Origin: Macrostomum lignano
Lineage: Eukaryota
Assembly: GCA_002269645.1 (NCBI GenBank)
Contig: NIVC01002355.1
Coordinates: forward strand, 62,001 to 126,000
Reading direction: 5' to 3'
Length of the DNA stretch: 64,000 nt
Part shown: piece after piece, positions 35,377 to 48,200 of the stretch
Layout of the letters: every line of letters begins with the position of its first letter
How positions within the stretch are numbered: the first letter of the stretch is position 1
Made by a program: the position numbers and the translations under genes
The notes under the pieces: model-generated
What the model was told of the DNA's origin: nothing
What the model saw: only the letters and a program-made list of their open reading frames with translations
The model's database searches: none

Positions 35377-37130
35377 GATAGACAGAGCCAGAAAGTCGCA
35401 AAAAAAATTTACGAGCCAAAGCGCTCTCGCAGCGCGCACGAGAGAGCGTGAGCGCACAAATAAAAGGGGGCCGACGCCGCCCACCCCCAACCCAACACCC
35501 CCGCCTGCCGGCCGGCACCCAGCACCCCACCTTGCGGCAGGGATGCACACGCGCGGGCCGCACGCACAGACGGGCGGAGGGGGCGGCCCCGTCGGCTAAA
35601 CACGATTACAGAGCCGGTTAAAACCGGCCCCTGAAATCGCAACCATCAAGTACGTCACCATCTACAACAGGCAGGACTGCTGCGCTTAGCGGCTCAACCA
35701 CTTCTCACTGCAGGTGGACGACGTTGAGTGCAACCGAGTAAACCTGACGAAGCCGTTCTCCGTGGCCAACTTCAGCTGCAACGCCTTCGGCAGCATGGTC
35801 CGCGTGCAAAACTTGCAGGCTACATTTCTTAACGATTTGAGGGTTTGAAATTTAGGACTAGAGCATGCAAATGTCGTCACCAACAATTAAACTTACTGAA
35901 CAAAATAATTTGAAATACATGTAGTAATGTCCGATTTTATTATAATCCTATGTCGTTGTCACATAGAGATTCCAATTTCTTAACGTTAACGTAAATGCGC
36001 TTTAACGAGTCACTACCTGAAGCGAACAAAAGTTACAAGAGTATGTTTTAAAAAATAAATATTTTTGGTCACTTACCTTGAAACTCGGGGGTAAGCAAAC
36101 AATTTTAAATTAAGGGCCAGATACAGAATCCAGCTCATGACTGCAGACCAGAGAGAAGAGAAAAAGAAGAGAGGGTAAAGTGGGGAGATGAGAGAGGAGA
36201 CGGGAGAGGAGGGAAGAGAAGAGAGAGGGGAGATGGGATATGAGAAAACAGAGGGAGAAAAGGAGACAGCTAAGAACAGACACAAGACTTGAGCGGACCC
36301 GAATCGCTATTGTGAAGTTTTAAAGTGCTGTGGCTATAAGCCAAGCCGAACCATAAACAAAATGGTTTGCCTCCCAGCGCACCGTACGCTTTAGCAATCT
36401 ACGTGTAACGAGAGCAAGCTAGGCTTGCAGAAATAAATATATAATGAGACAAGAGTCGAAGATCGGCTGGTTTTAATTTAGTCTTAAGTTCGTGACTTGT
36501 TCCTTTGACTTGTCATAAAAACAAAAGACACAACACAAAGGACCCGAGGGCCGTATAGAGAGGCTTCGTGGCCGCAGGCCGAAGCTTGCCGGCCGACCCC
36601 TGTTTTAAAACAAAGCTTCTAAAATTCTAAAGTGCAAGCATGAAACCAAGAAAAAATTTGGAAATATATAATTTACTATGTTACAACAGCCTCTGCAGAG
36701 AGTACTTGAATCGTCGGACTGATTCATAATGAGATTTATTCGGAATAGGAAGATGTTATTTTTGTTTAAATACCGTTAATAAGTTAAAAACGAAGGATTT
36801 AGAATACTGCATATAGCTTGTTTGGAAAGAAGACTATGACCATGGTAAAAAGCCAGTCGAAAAAATTTTATCATGATTAGTTACTGCAAGTAGAAAAGTA
36901 ATGTATTAACATGCATTCATAGTGGCCAATCAAAATCCAAGGTCATCCAAGCAAATGTAAAGCGTTCAAACTTTATCAATTATAAAGGCAGAGATCAGAA
37001 ACAGACGGAATATTCAGGCTTTTTCAGGAATCTACAACTGAAATTATTCATAAAACCGAAGTTGACTAAGTGGTTAATCATGCGAAATAAAGTTATAATA
37101 CTTCTATTCCTTTCTGCCAGTAGAATCACC

Positions 37131-38614
37131 ATGGCAACCATTGCTACTATACCTATTTAATCGTTAAATCCAGCAGCCCAGTTGCTCCCCCATCGATGGA
37201 GGAGGTGGTGCAGGACGAAAACCCGCTGTTTTGCGCTAGAAAATGCACGAATCAAGTGTTGGGCTGCTTCGGCTTCAGCTGGATCCAGGGACTGTGTCAG
37301 TTCTTCAATCTCTCCGCGTTTTATAATTCGACTTGGGACAAGTGTGATGCTGTTGACTGCAAATTCGATGTTTACAAGAGACATTTCGGTGAGCTTTGAT
37401 CAAAATAATGACACGAATATAGACAATTGGAGTAGCAACAGTAGACAAATTGGCCGCGGCCCCCAAAAAAATTGCGCTACACGAAAACCTCCAAAAACTG
37501 CATGATAAGGCCCACCACGCAAGCTCGACGAATCGCAGTGCCTACACTTTTGTTACTTTTTGGACATGGCATCAACCGGTCTAAAAGACAGGCTTGTGGC
37601 ACTTACCAAGAGCCAGGGACACCCACCAAGAGACAGGGGGCTCTCACTAAGAGACAGGGGCGCTCACCAACGTTCTGCCAGAATGTCTTGTTTTTCAATA
37701 AGCGCCCATGTGTTCCATACACCTAGTGTACCAATCAGCACTATGCCTCAGTGCGGTCTTGTCAAGCTTTCAAATTTCATTAGCACGCCGATCTCTGACT
37801 TTGGCAGCCACTGCCAGCAGCCTTATCCAAATCTTCAAAAAATAGCACCAGGGTGCTATGGACACCGACCTGCTGTGGACTATGGCACAGATGAAGCCTC
37901 GACAGTGTGCAAATCTCAACTGCGAGTTGCTTTCAACAGTTTCTTAAGTACTCAGTCATCACCCCGACGCCGTCGGCACCTTCTGCAGGTAGCCGTCTTG
38001 GCAAAATCATTGACTATCTGAACGTTCCAGATAGCTAGCGACATCAAGTTGCTCCTTTGCTCCGTTCAGGAGCAGCAAAACTTTTCTAGAGAGGGGGGGG
38101 CGAATTTTACTTTGTATAAAAAACGCGGCTTTTTTTTGTACTTTTACTGTTAAAAACTGTGTAAATAACTCCTAAATCTCATGATGGCTAAAATAATCAA
38201 TCCCGCTATCAAATCTTAGAACCGCGTCGTTTGAACACTTCAAACTGCGAGCAGAGCAGCCTGATTCACGATGGCGTCTGCACTCGAGCTATAGACGGCA
38301 ACACTGGCCAAGATTACACCACGGGATCCTGCTCCCACACTGAATACGGCTACGGCCAGTGGTGGATAACACAAATTTCTGCTTCTGCTCTTGTTTCCTA
38401 CGTCACCATCTACAACAGACAGGACTGTTGCGCCTACCGGCTGAGAAAATTCTCGCTGCAGGTGGACGGAGTCGAATGCAACCGAGTGAACCTGACGGAG
38501 CCGTTCTCTCTAGCCAACTTCAGCTGCAACGCCTTCGGCAGCCGAGTTCAGGTGCAGAGCCTTCTGCCATATGCTCTTACAATCTGTGAAATAGAGATTT
38601 ATGGGATTGTGTGA
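37131..38614 (+). pseudogene. PAN + F-type lectin copy 5; intact exon 2 and PAN core but broken signal-peptide region (exon 1 to 37388; exon 2 38220-38614)
   Basis: ATG at 37131 stops after 9 codons; in-frame ORF from 37196 encodes FCARKC..CFGFSW..LC; phase-1 intron 37389-38219; exact HX26RQDCCAYR motif. Confidence 0.75.
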
Positions 38615-40164
38615 TGTAACAATGACGGCGATGTCAAACTCCTAGATCTGGTCTGAATATCAAAGCAAGATACATGTAGACAAAAAAATCGACAAAATGA
38701 CCTCATTGTTTCTAATGAATCAACACAATCAGATAAGCCTCTTCAATTGAGCATCGAGTAAAGCTATCAATGACACTTTACGAGCGTAGACAGATCCTTG
38801 TAACTGAACTTGACTGAACAAATTACTCAGTTAAACTCAAATTACTAAAAGTTTAAGCCTCAATAAACAAAAAATTCTTGATTGCATCCTCAACGAATTT
38901 GTTATTTGGCTTTGAAACTTTATTTAGACACAACAAAATTAAAAAAGAGTTTGACGAAAAGAAGATAACATAAAGAGATGTGTCACGATCTTTTACGATT
39001 TGTCTTTGCTGTGCAGCAATTCCGCAACCATCATGATGATTTTTCCAGGAACTTAGTCTAATGTACAGGCAAAGATCTTGCAACAAGGAAAAAACCTGCT
39101 TAACGATTTCAGGAACACAGGTACATGCAATTGTCATTGACTGACATACAAAAAGCAGAAATTGAGGCAGGGTGTGGCTCCCTAGTGCAGCAAAGATAGA
39201 GTTTCTTGTCAGCTTTTAGCTTTTGTTAAAATCTTAGCGATCTTTGCTAAAAGCTTCTACAAGTACACCATGAAAGCATCTGTTAAAAGTGCTTTTAGTT
39301 CTGCTGTAAGTCCGAATCGAAAGCTTGTCTAGATGGATCACGAGCTCACAGAAGAAACTCAACATCCAGTCGAATTCACATCGGAGCACTTTGCTAGTCC
39401 AGTTGACTGCTAAACCGAGGACCGTAAAGACAATAAGCGATCCGAATCGCTTCATTATAACAGTCATTTTTTTTCCATTTTCGCCTTTGAAATTGGAACT
39501 CAAAAGTTTTATATCCAATCCAAGAGCAATAGAAAGCAGCCTTCACTTTAGGTCTAGCTGCATACAATACTTTTGTAAAATACAAGATTTAAAAAAGGAC
39601 GTAAAGCGTTCTGTGACTGATTTTCCTGATACTACATGGCTTTGACTATCATGGTGTACTCTATACGAGCTTACTTTTTCAAAAATGAAGCTTGGCAGAC
39701 TGCTTAGTTCTGTGCAGTCTGCTTCGGATTCTACTGCCTGGTTGATTCGTGCCGACTGTTCAACGCGTCTGCCTTTACCAGCAATCAATGGCGAATCGTT
39801 TATCATTCTATCGACGTCCATTTTCAGTAAGTTGCGCACGTAATGTACATGTAAAGTGAAACCAGAGTTTACCCTTGGTTTTCTCAGTTTACTCATAGTT
39901 TACTCATAGTTCAGTCAAAGTTTACTTCAAGTTTATCCATCGCTTACCGTGATAAAGCAATTGTATCAGGATACCCGCAACGAACGGTGGGTGGATTATA
40001 AAGAAAAGTAGTAAAAACTTAATTACAATATCATCCTATCTTAACCATGCTTTCACTAAACAGATCTCTTCGAAATTCGCAAGAGATGTAGCTCGCAGTA
40101 GTGTTAGAGAAAGAGAGAGAGATAGTTCTTGTGCAACTATTGCTCGGATTATAACAATGAAGCT

Positions 40165-40505
40165 GGACACTGTTGAAAACCTATCGACGGAAGCACATGC
40201 AAGTCAATTTTTGGGGGATCGTGCAGCCACACTCTACAAGCTGGAAATCAATGGTGGGACGGTGAGAGGGGCAGCTGGCCGCTATATCGTTTTGTCTCTT
40301 GCGTCACCATCTCAACGGATTCTCTCTGCAGGTGGATGGCGTTGTGTTAACCAAGAGAACCTGACGGAGCGGTTCTCTAGCTGTGTGGCCAATTTCAGCT
40401 GCACCGCTTTCTGGAGCACAGTTTAGTACAGAATCTGCTACATGTACATGCTACAGTAGTTGATGCGCTGAACATTTGCGAGGTGCAAAACTATGGACTT
40501 TACGT
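40165..40505 (+). pseudogene. Highly decayed F-type lectin exon 2 relic
   Basis: Recognisable pieces ATCGACGGA (IDG), GGATCGTGCAGCCACACT (GSCSHT), CAATGGTGG (QWW), GTCACCATCT, CTGCAGGTGGAT, GCCAATTTCAGCTGC, ATTTGCGAGGTG (ICEV); many indels. Confidence 0.8.
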
Positions 40506-40758
40506 TCGTAATAGGCCCCAGATAAAGTTAAGTTAATCTTCTAGAAGGAAAATCCTAAATAAAACATCCTTTATGTGATGACCTGCGATACATTTTTGTG
40601 TTGCGGTGTGGTAAAAAATATTTACAGTAGGAAAAATCAAATAAAGCTAATGAAATACGAGTATTAGCATTGCATTCGAATTTCGTGTATTTCCGTTTTT
40701 TTCTACCATTTCTCTAAATGGAATATGCTTTCATGTAAAATTATTGTGCAGGAAACTC

Positions 40759-41180
40759 AACAACAACAACAACAGAGTACGCTGTCAGTTCGCAAAAGCA
40801 GCGTCAGATGGCTCGCTTCGAAGCTTGGGCGCGAACAAAGGCCGCACCGCCGGCAGAGTCCGGGGCGCCGGCGTCAGCCAGCAGACAGTCGACGTAGCGC
40901 CGAGTCCTCGCCTGTCCCCGCCGGTAGGGTGCCTGCAACGTAAGTAGCAGCACCTCCTGCACCAGCTCCGGACAGTAGGCCTCGGCGCGGATGACGTGGC
41001 CTGCCAGCTGGAGTCGCCGACGGCGCAGCAGATCGCTAGGACGGGCCAGGCCGGCGCGATGATAGAGCGCCGTGTTGGTGACTCGCTCGTTGCCGATCTT
41101 GAAGGCGGCGCGCAGCAGGCCAGCGTGCGCCGCGTCAACTTGAGCCTCGAGCGAGTCTGTCATCGTCCAGGTCTCGGCGT
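40759..41180 (-). mobile_element. 5'-truncated RTE-like LINE with (GTT)n tail and 12-bp TSD
   Basis: NAETWTMTDSLEAQVDAAHAGLLRAAF...QASKRAI; TGCAGGAAACTC at 40747-40758 and 41181-41192. Confidence 0.9.
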
Positions 41181-43098
41181 TGCAGGAAACTCGATATGTA
41201 TTTAAATACGAGTCGCATTTAGAAGCACTTTTTTATTAATCAGGCTATACATGTATATGTGTTTGAATCCTGAACTTTCTTGGTTTTTTAATATTTCCAA
41301 TGATAAGTGAATTATTTACGAGCTACGTTGCGCCTTGTTCATTCCAGAAGACCTTGGCTGCTTGAACCTATAAATTTTTGTTTTATCGAATAAGGTTGCC
41401 CGTTCAGAAGTACGAGTATTATCCCTGTTGTAGGCACTCAGTCAAAAGTCTGTTAATTCAGTCAGTCAGTTTTCCTCTACATTTATTTGCCTCGGAGTCC
41501 ACCCGCCCCGCCTAAACCAACGTACCAGTACCAACCGATTCCCAAGGAAAGAAACTGGAGAATTCGGAATCCACCTCCGACCCAGAACTTTGCGGATGTA
41601 TGACTTGGGCAATTTGAATAGCAAAAGATGAAGTCTGCTATTGTTCGACTTCCATTGTTTCTCTAGCGGAGAGGATCGCCTATGCAGGAAGATCACTTGC
41701 TATTGACATCCGCAGCGTGGCGTCGCTCAGCGGACGACCGCATCCGTCTCTCTCACAGTCTTCTGTCACAAGCTTTGGGAAAGAAATTCCAGTGTCCCCG
41801 AGGTACCGTGGTCTGGAAAAATGGATGAAAAGCCTTTATGGCAAAGGAGCACTATTAATACTTTATTAAACGTCTTATTAAAGCTCTGGTAATAGTGAAG
41901 GATTTACCACTAGCTTTGAAACGAGACCAAGTTTAGCAAAAGTGGCTTTGATGCTCGGAAGTCCAGAATATTGCGCAAACGCACTTAACCGCGTTTCTCC
42001 GCCTATCCTGTTGTCAAGTTTTTGAATGTCACTCCCATAGCTAATTTTGTATCCCCAGCAGTGCATGCTTCCTTCTTTGGTTACTACGCCCGTACAAGAA
42101 TCCAACATAGCTAGGACCAAAAATCCAGATTACATATGTAACACTAAGTGTTACGCAGTGCGAGATCAAACCACGAAAGCCCCCGCGGGGCAGTGATCGA
42201 TATATTTATTAGCGTCACTTTACATGATATGACATGACACGACATATGGCACTTTACATGATGTATAGTGAAAGTCATTCATTTAAAATCGACATGATGA
42301 TTTAGCGATATTTGAGATATAGATGCCAATTCCTGTGTACTTAGAGGAGGAACCCCTCAGGAATTACATGTGTATAAGATAATCATATGAGCATGCTTAG
42401 AAGTTTTATTTTTGTAACTCTTTTCGCTCAACTTTGAGCTCGAGTTTTCCTTGGACTCATACAGCATGAAGTATTCAATATATGTACATGTCTGTATGGC
42501 ATACAGAAGTCAAAAAGGTATTTTCGTGTAGTCAACTTCGACGGTCTGAATTGTACAATTCAGACGTCTGTCTTAGTCCAGCAGGGCAACCGCGCGGCAA
42601 CCGCGCTAGAGGCAACCTCGCGAATAAAATTCATTGAAAGAATTAAAGAAGTGCGATTTCCTCTTTGTTTGCGGAAGAGGCGAATTATAATTACTGCAAG
42701 CATGCGGGAGTCTTTTGTTTCACTAAATTTTTACCAGGTTAGTTTACCTCCAGGCGCTCAGAATAATTACGAATTCTAAAATGGAATGTACCTCGTACAT
42801 GTAGTCACGGGGGCGCAGCCAGGAAGAATGGCAAAAAGGGGCCAAGCTTGACGAAATGACAGGAGCTCAACGTACGTCCTTGCTTATGCCACCCAAGCTC
42901 TCTTGGACTTGGCGGCGGTCTAAGAGACTGGTTAGAGGTTAGGGGTCGCAAACTACATTTGAAAGATAGGGGCATCATCCAAAAGACAGGGGCGCCCACC
43001 AAGAGCACCCAATGAGACATCAAATATTGGGACCCCTTTAAAAGGTTGCCAACTCGCTTAGCTTTGATTTTCTGACAATCACACATTACCTAGAATGT

Positions 43099-43511
43099 CA
43101 ATTGGCCTCGCCATGAAGTTTATGGTGGGGGGACAAGCCAAGAATTCAACATGTACATGTACATGAATAAATTTTGGCACTCATTTTGGCACCGCAGGCA
43201 CTCCTTTTGGCGCCACAGGCATTCCTTTTAGCGCCGCTGGCACTCATTTTAGCGCCTCAGGCACTCATTTTAGCGCCGCAGGCATTCCTTTTAGCGCCGC
43301 AGGCATTCATTTTGGCATTCCTTTTAGCGCCGCAGGCACTCATTTTGGCGCCGAAGGCGCTATATTTTGGCCCCTTAAAGAAAAATTGTTGATTACCACA
43401 AACGACTTGCACAAGGTGGGGTGGAGGGGACAAGCATTGGCATGGTCCTCCACCCAAGCTTTTCCTGCTGGGGGGATATGTCCCTCCTGTCCCCTCAGTG
43501 GCGACCGCCTG
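43099..43511. mobile_element. Older, short copy of the satellite-bearing hAT MITE (~10 internal 21-bp units)
   Basis: Termini GGCCTCGCCATGAAGTTTATGGTGGGGGACAAGCCAAGAATTC and GTGGCGACCGCCTG homologous to 29340-30712; same internal unit. Confidence 0.8.
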
Positions 43512-45218
43512 CAGACAACAAATTTTTTATATAGGATTTTTTATTGACACTTTATAATTCGACGAATGCAAAAATTTACAGTTTCTTACGGTGTGTCACA
43601 TTAAGCAAGTTCATCAACATATATTTTGATAGTAGTGAAGTTTCAAACTAAAACTAACAATTTAGGATACTTTTTAAGTTTATAAAAGTATTTTGTTTCA
43701 AAGTTTTATAAAAACTTTGTTATTTTTATGCATCCTATTTAAACAGCTTACTTTTAGTTTAGTAATTCTTAAGCATTTTTCCATCATGGTTTTTAAGTGG
43801 ACCGCCCGACCAAATTACATCAGCAGTGCACAAATGGAGCTTTGAGAACATAGATGTTTGTGGCGTGACGAGTCATAACTTCTCTTCTATTTTTTCTATT
43901 GTTCGAATATCTATAAGTTCGTAAACTTTAGGAGAACTTTTTAAAAACCCATTTTGGCATTGACATTTATTGTATTGATTATTGAATTAGGTGCCTAATT
44001 GCCTTTTGGCTTTTATTAATGCTTTAATTTCAATAAAATAAACACTGGACTTTGAAAAACTTACATTTAGCAACATGTTAAAGCTTCCACCCAAAACCTT
44101 TGTTCTAGTTGTAACTTTCCACTTTCTCCTCACAGTGTAAGGTAGTGAGTGCATTGTGGTGCAAATTTCATCACCCACCCTTTAGTTTAGAGGGGATTTA
44201 TGTGAACTGCGTCACTTAGAGCTGAGATCTGAAAAAAGGTGGCCTCTTTCTTTGGGTAGAAAATTAAAAATATTGCTGAATCTATATTAAATAAAAATTC
44301 TAAAATCAAATTTGGTATTTTTTTGTCCAGAAATTTTATAACTTAGCATTTAATAGGCCTAGCTATTTAATATTTATTTAATAGTATATTTATATCTAAC
44401 CTTGGCCCTAGGGCTTTTTATTTGATATCAAATTCTATCAATTCTATTAGGCCTAAATATCTAGATTCTAGATTCTAGGTTATAGTTTCTTGGCAATATA
44501 AACAAATTGGACTAGCTATATTTTTTATTTAAAACCTTTTATATCAATTTATAGCTTGTAATAGGCCCATTTTTATCTTTATAATTAGAAACTTAAGACT
44601 AAAATATATTTTGTTGAAAAATTATCATTAAATATGTTTTAATTTATAAGAGATGATAGAATGTTCTTGTAGTTTTCTAAAATATAATTATACTTACACA
44701 GTAATATAAATCAAGCACTTGGTCACTAAAATAATCTCCATTACCCGCAATTATCATGTGCCAACACTTAATAAGCTTCTCAATTTCTATCTATAGAATT
44801 CTAATATCCTGGTCAAAAATAGGCCATTATGTATTCTGCCACATCCATCTTACAGTCCTTATATCTCTATCTAATTATCACCTATTTCTATCACTATTAA
44901 ACTTTTTGCCAACAATACCTTCCATTCTGAGTCTTGACAAAGAACTATAAGACCACTATAATGGCCTGAGTGTAATTATGCATTTTAGAGAACTGCAAGA
45001 ACTTTCCATTGTAATTTATATTAATAATAATAGTAAATCATTTTAGTTTTTACTAAATGATTAACTGTAGCAGCAATTTATTTTTAATGCTAAAATAAAT
45101 TTTTGCTCTGTCTTATCTTATAAAACTGAATATTATTTCAGCAGTGCCTTAAAAAGGACCAAATCGCTTGTGGAGACCATTAGTGGTTGAAACAAGGTGA
45201 GATCCAACCTACTTAACA

Positions 45219-48200
45219 ATGTCTCAGCATGGCTCTGACAAGACTGACGACCTGCTAGAAGGTCTGGACCCCCTGCTGGCACAAAGTGCCCAGCTGACAG
45301 AGCGCAGTGAGGCAGCATTGAGCGACTTCAGCACTGTGTCCCGCCTGCCAGCTGTCATTGACGATGTACAACCATCCACCTCGTCGATGAGGCCCCCGCC
45401 ATCCCTGTCACTGTCGGGCAAGCCTCCGCTGTACACTTCCTCGGCCTCGACTTCCGGTTTTGTGTCGTCCAGTTCTGCCATGGCGGGTTCCCGAAGTCAC
45501 ACAGTCAGGGCCGGTGCTCTGTACCATGATGGAGTGCTGTCTTCCTATGGTGCTGCCAATGGGACCTCTGGCATGTAGGTCCTTGGAATCAATGCTGTTA
45601 AAATGGTAGAACGCAAATTTTTATTGAAAATTTTCAATAATAAACTTAAAATCTTCAGAACTTCGTCCGCTGGTCCACTGACAAGTTCAACTGGTACTTC
45701 AACCACTGCTGCCGCAGCCATGGCCATGTATAGGAGTAGCAGCGCTTCTCGGCTGATGGACGGCAGAAACAGTTTGTGAGGCTCGAATTGGAATTCTGCT
45801 TAACTTTTTAATTCTTGTTTTCACTAGATTAGCAATCCACTCTGTTTCAATTGATCTGTGATTAGCTAGATTAGCAATCCATTCTATTCCAATTGATCTG
45901 TGATTGGCTAGATTAGCAATCCATTCTATTCCAATTGATCTGTGATTGTCTAGATTAGCAGTCCATTCTATTCTAATTGATCTGTGATTGGCTAGATTAG
46001 CAATCCATTCTATTCTAATTGATCTGTGATTGGCTAGATTAGCAATCCATTCTATTCCAATTGATTTGTGATTGGCTAGATTAGCAATCCATTCTATTCC
46101 AATTGATCTGTGATTGGCTAGATTAGCAATCCATTCTATTCCAATTGATCTGTGATTGTCTAAATTAGCAGTCCATTCTATTCCAATTGATCTGTGATTG
46201 GCTAGATTAGCAATCCATTCTATTCCAATTGATCTGTGATTGGCTAGATTAGCAATCCATTCTATTCCAATTGATCTGTGATTGGCTAGATTAGCAATCC
46301 ATTCTATTCCAATTGATTTGTGATTGGCTAGATTAGCAATCCATTCTATTCCAATTGATCTGTGATTGTCTAGATTAGCAATCCATTCTATTCCAATTGA
46401 TCTGTGATTGTCTAGATTAGCAATCCATTCTATTCCAATTGATCTGTGATTGGCTAGATTAGCAATCCATTCTATTCCAATTGATCTGTGATTGACTAGA
46501 TTAGCAATCCATTCTATTCCAATTGATGTGTGATTGGCTAGATTAGCAATCCATTCTATTCCAATTGATCTGTGACTGGCTAGATTAGCAATCCATTCTA
46601 TTCCAATTGATTTGTGATTGGCTAGATTAGCAATCCATTCTATTCCAATTGATCAGTGATTGGCTAGATTAGCAATCCATTCTATTCCAATTGATCTGTG
46701 ATTAACTAGATTAGCAATCCACTCTCTTTCAATTGATTTGTGATTGGCTAGATTAGCAATCCATTCTATTCCAATTGATTTGTGATTGGCTAGATTAGCA
46801 ATCCATTCTATTCCAATTGATCTGTGATTGTCTAGATTAGCAATCCATTCTATTCCAATTGATCTGTGATTGTCTAGATTAGCAATCCATTCTATTCCAA
46901 TTGATCTGTGATTGGCTAGATTAGCAATCCATTCTATTCCAATTGATCTGTGATTGACTAGATTAGCAATCCATTCTATTCCAATTGATGTGTGATTGGC
47001 TAGATTAGCAATCCATTCTATTCCAATTGATCTGTGACTGGCTAGATTAGCAATCCATTCTATTCCAATTGATTTGTGATTGGCTAGATTAGCAATCCAT
47101 TCTATTCCAATTGATCAGTGATTGGCTAGATTAGCAATCCATTCTATTCCAATTGATCTGTGATTAACTAGATTAGCAATCCACTCTCTTTCAATTGATT
47201 TGTGATTGGCTAGATTAGCAATCCATTCTATTCCAATTGATCTGTGATTAACTAGATTAGCAATCCATTCTATTCCAATTGATCTGTGATTGACTAGATT
47301 AGCAATCCATTCTATTCCAATTGATGTGTGATTGGCTAGATTAGCAATTCATTCTATTCCAATTGATCTGTGATTGGCTAGATTAGCAATCCATTCTATT
47401 CCAATTGATCTGTGATTGACTAGATTAGCAATCCATTCTATTCCAATTGATGTGTGATTGGCTAGATTAGCAATCCATTCTATTCCAATTGATCTGTGAC
47501 TGGCTAGATTAGCAATCCATTCTATTCCAATTGATCTGTGATTGTCTAGATTAGCAATGCATTCTATTCCAATTGATCTGTGATTGGCTAGATTAGCAAT
47601 CCATTCTATTCCAATTGATCTGTGATTTGGCTAGATTAGCAATTCATTCTATTCCAATTGATCTGTGATTGTCTAGATTAGCAATCCATTCTATTCCAGT
47701 TGATCCGTGATTGGCTAGATTAGCAATCCATTCTATTCCAGTTGATCTGTGATTGGCTAGATTAGCAATCCATTCTATTCCAATTGATCTGTGATTGGCT
47801 AGATTAGCAATGCATTCTATTCCAATTGATCTGTGATTGGCTAGATTAGCAATCCATTCTATTCCAATTGATCTGTGATTGGCTAGATTAGCAATTCATT
47901 CTATTCCAATTGATTTGTGATTGGCTAGATTAGCAACCCATTCTATTCCAATTGATCTGTGATTGTCTAGATTAGCAGTCCATTCTATTCCAATTGATCT
48001 GTGATTGACTAGATTAGCAATCCATTCTATTCCAATTGATGTGTGATTGGCTAGATTAGCAATCCATTCTATTATAATTGATCTGTGACTGGCTAGATTA
48101 GCAATCCATTCTATTCCAATTGATCTGTGATTGTCTAGATTAGCAATGCATTCTATTCCAATTGATCTGTGATTGGCTAGATTAGCAATCCATTCTATTC

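Larger units (their letters stand above)
31152..35643 (-). mobile_element. Complete Ngaro-type tyrosine-recombinase retrotransposon with split direct repeats A1-gag-RT/RH-YR-B1-A2-spacer-B2
   Basis: A1 ~35400-35643 matches A2 ~31313-31557 (1 substitution plus homopolymer length); B1 31558-31632 matches B2 31152-31226 (1 substitution); gag, RT, RNase H and YR present; no methyltransferase domain seen; no TSD. Confidence 0.92.
28957..35854 (+). pseudogene. PAN + F-type lectin copy 4, pseudogene (exon 1 28957-29252; exon 2 30981-31151 and 35644-~35854)
   Basis: Signal peptide MCSTILFSWLILVILSF then TAG at 29020; +1 frameshift ~29157; +2 (TG) at ~31121; TAG at 35687; phase-1 splice sites intact; intron carries a MITE and exon 2 is split by a YR retrotransposon. 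Confidence 0.9.

Noticed and set aside
38850-39900. Chain of short minus-strand ORFs suggesting a decayed gene
   Set aside because: No recognisable domain, multiple stops, no splice structure found
45141-45227. 31-nt micro-intron giving an upstream coding exon for centrobin
   Set aside because: The upstream segment has an in-frame TGA; at most a 5' UTR or trans-splice acceptor, which cannot be shown from DNA alone
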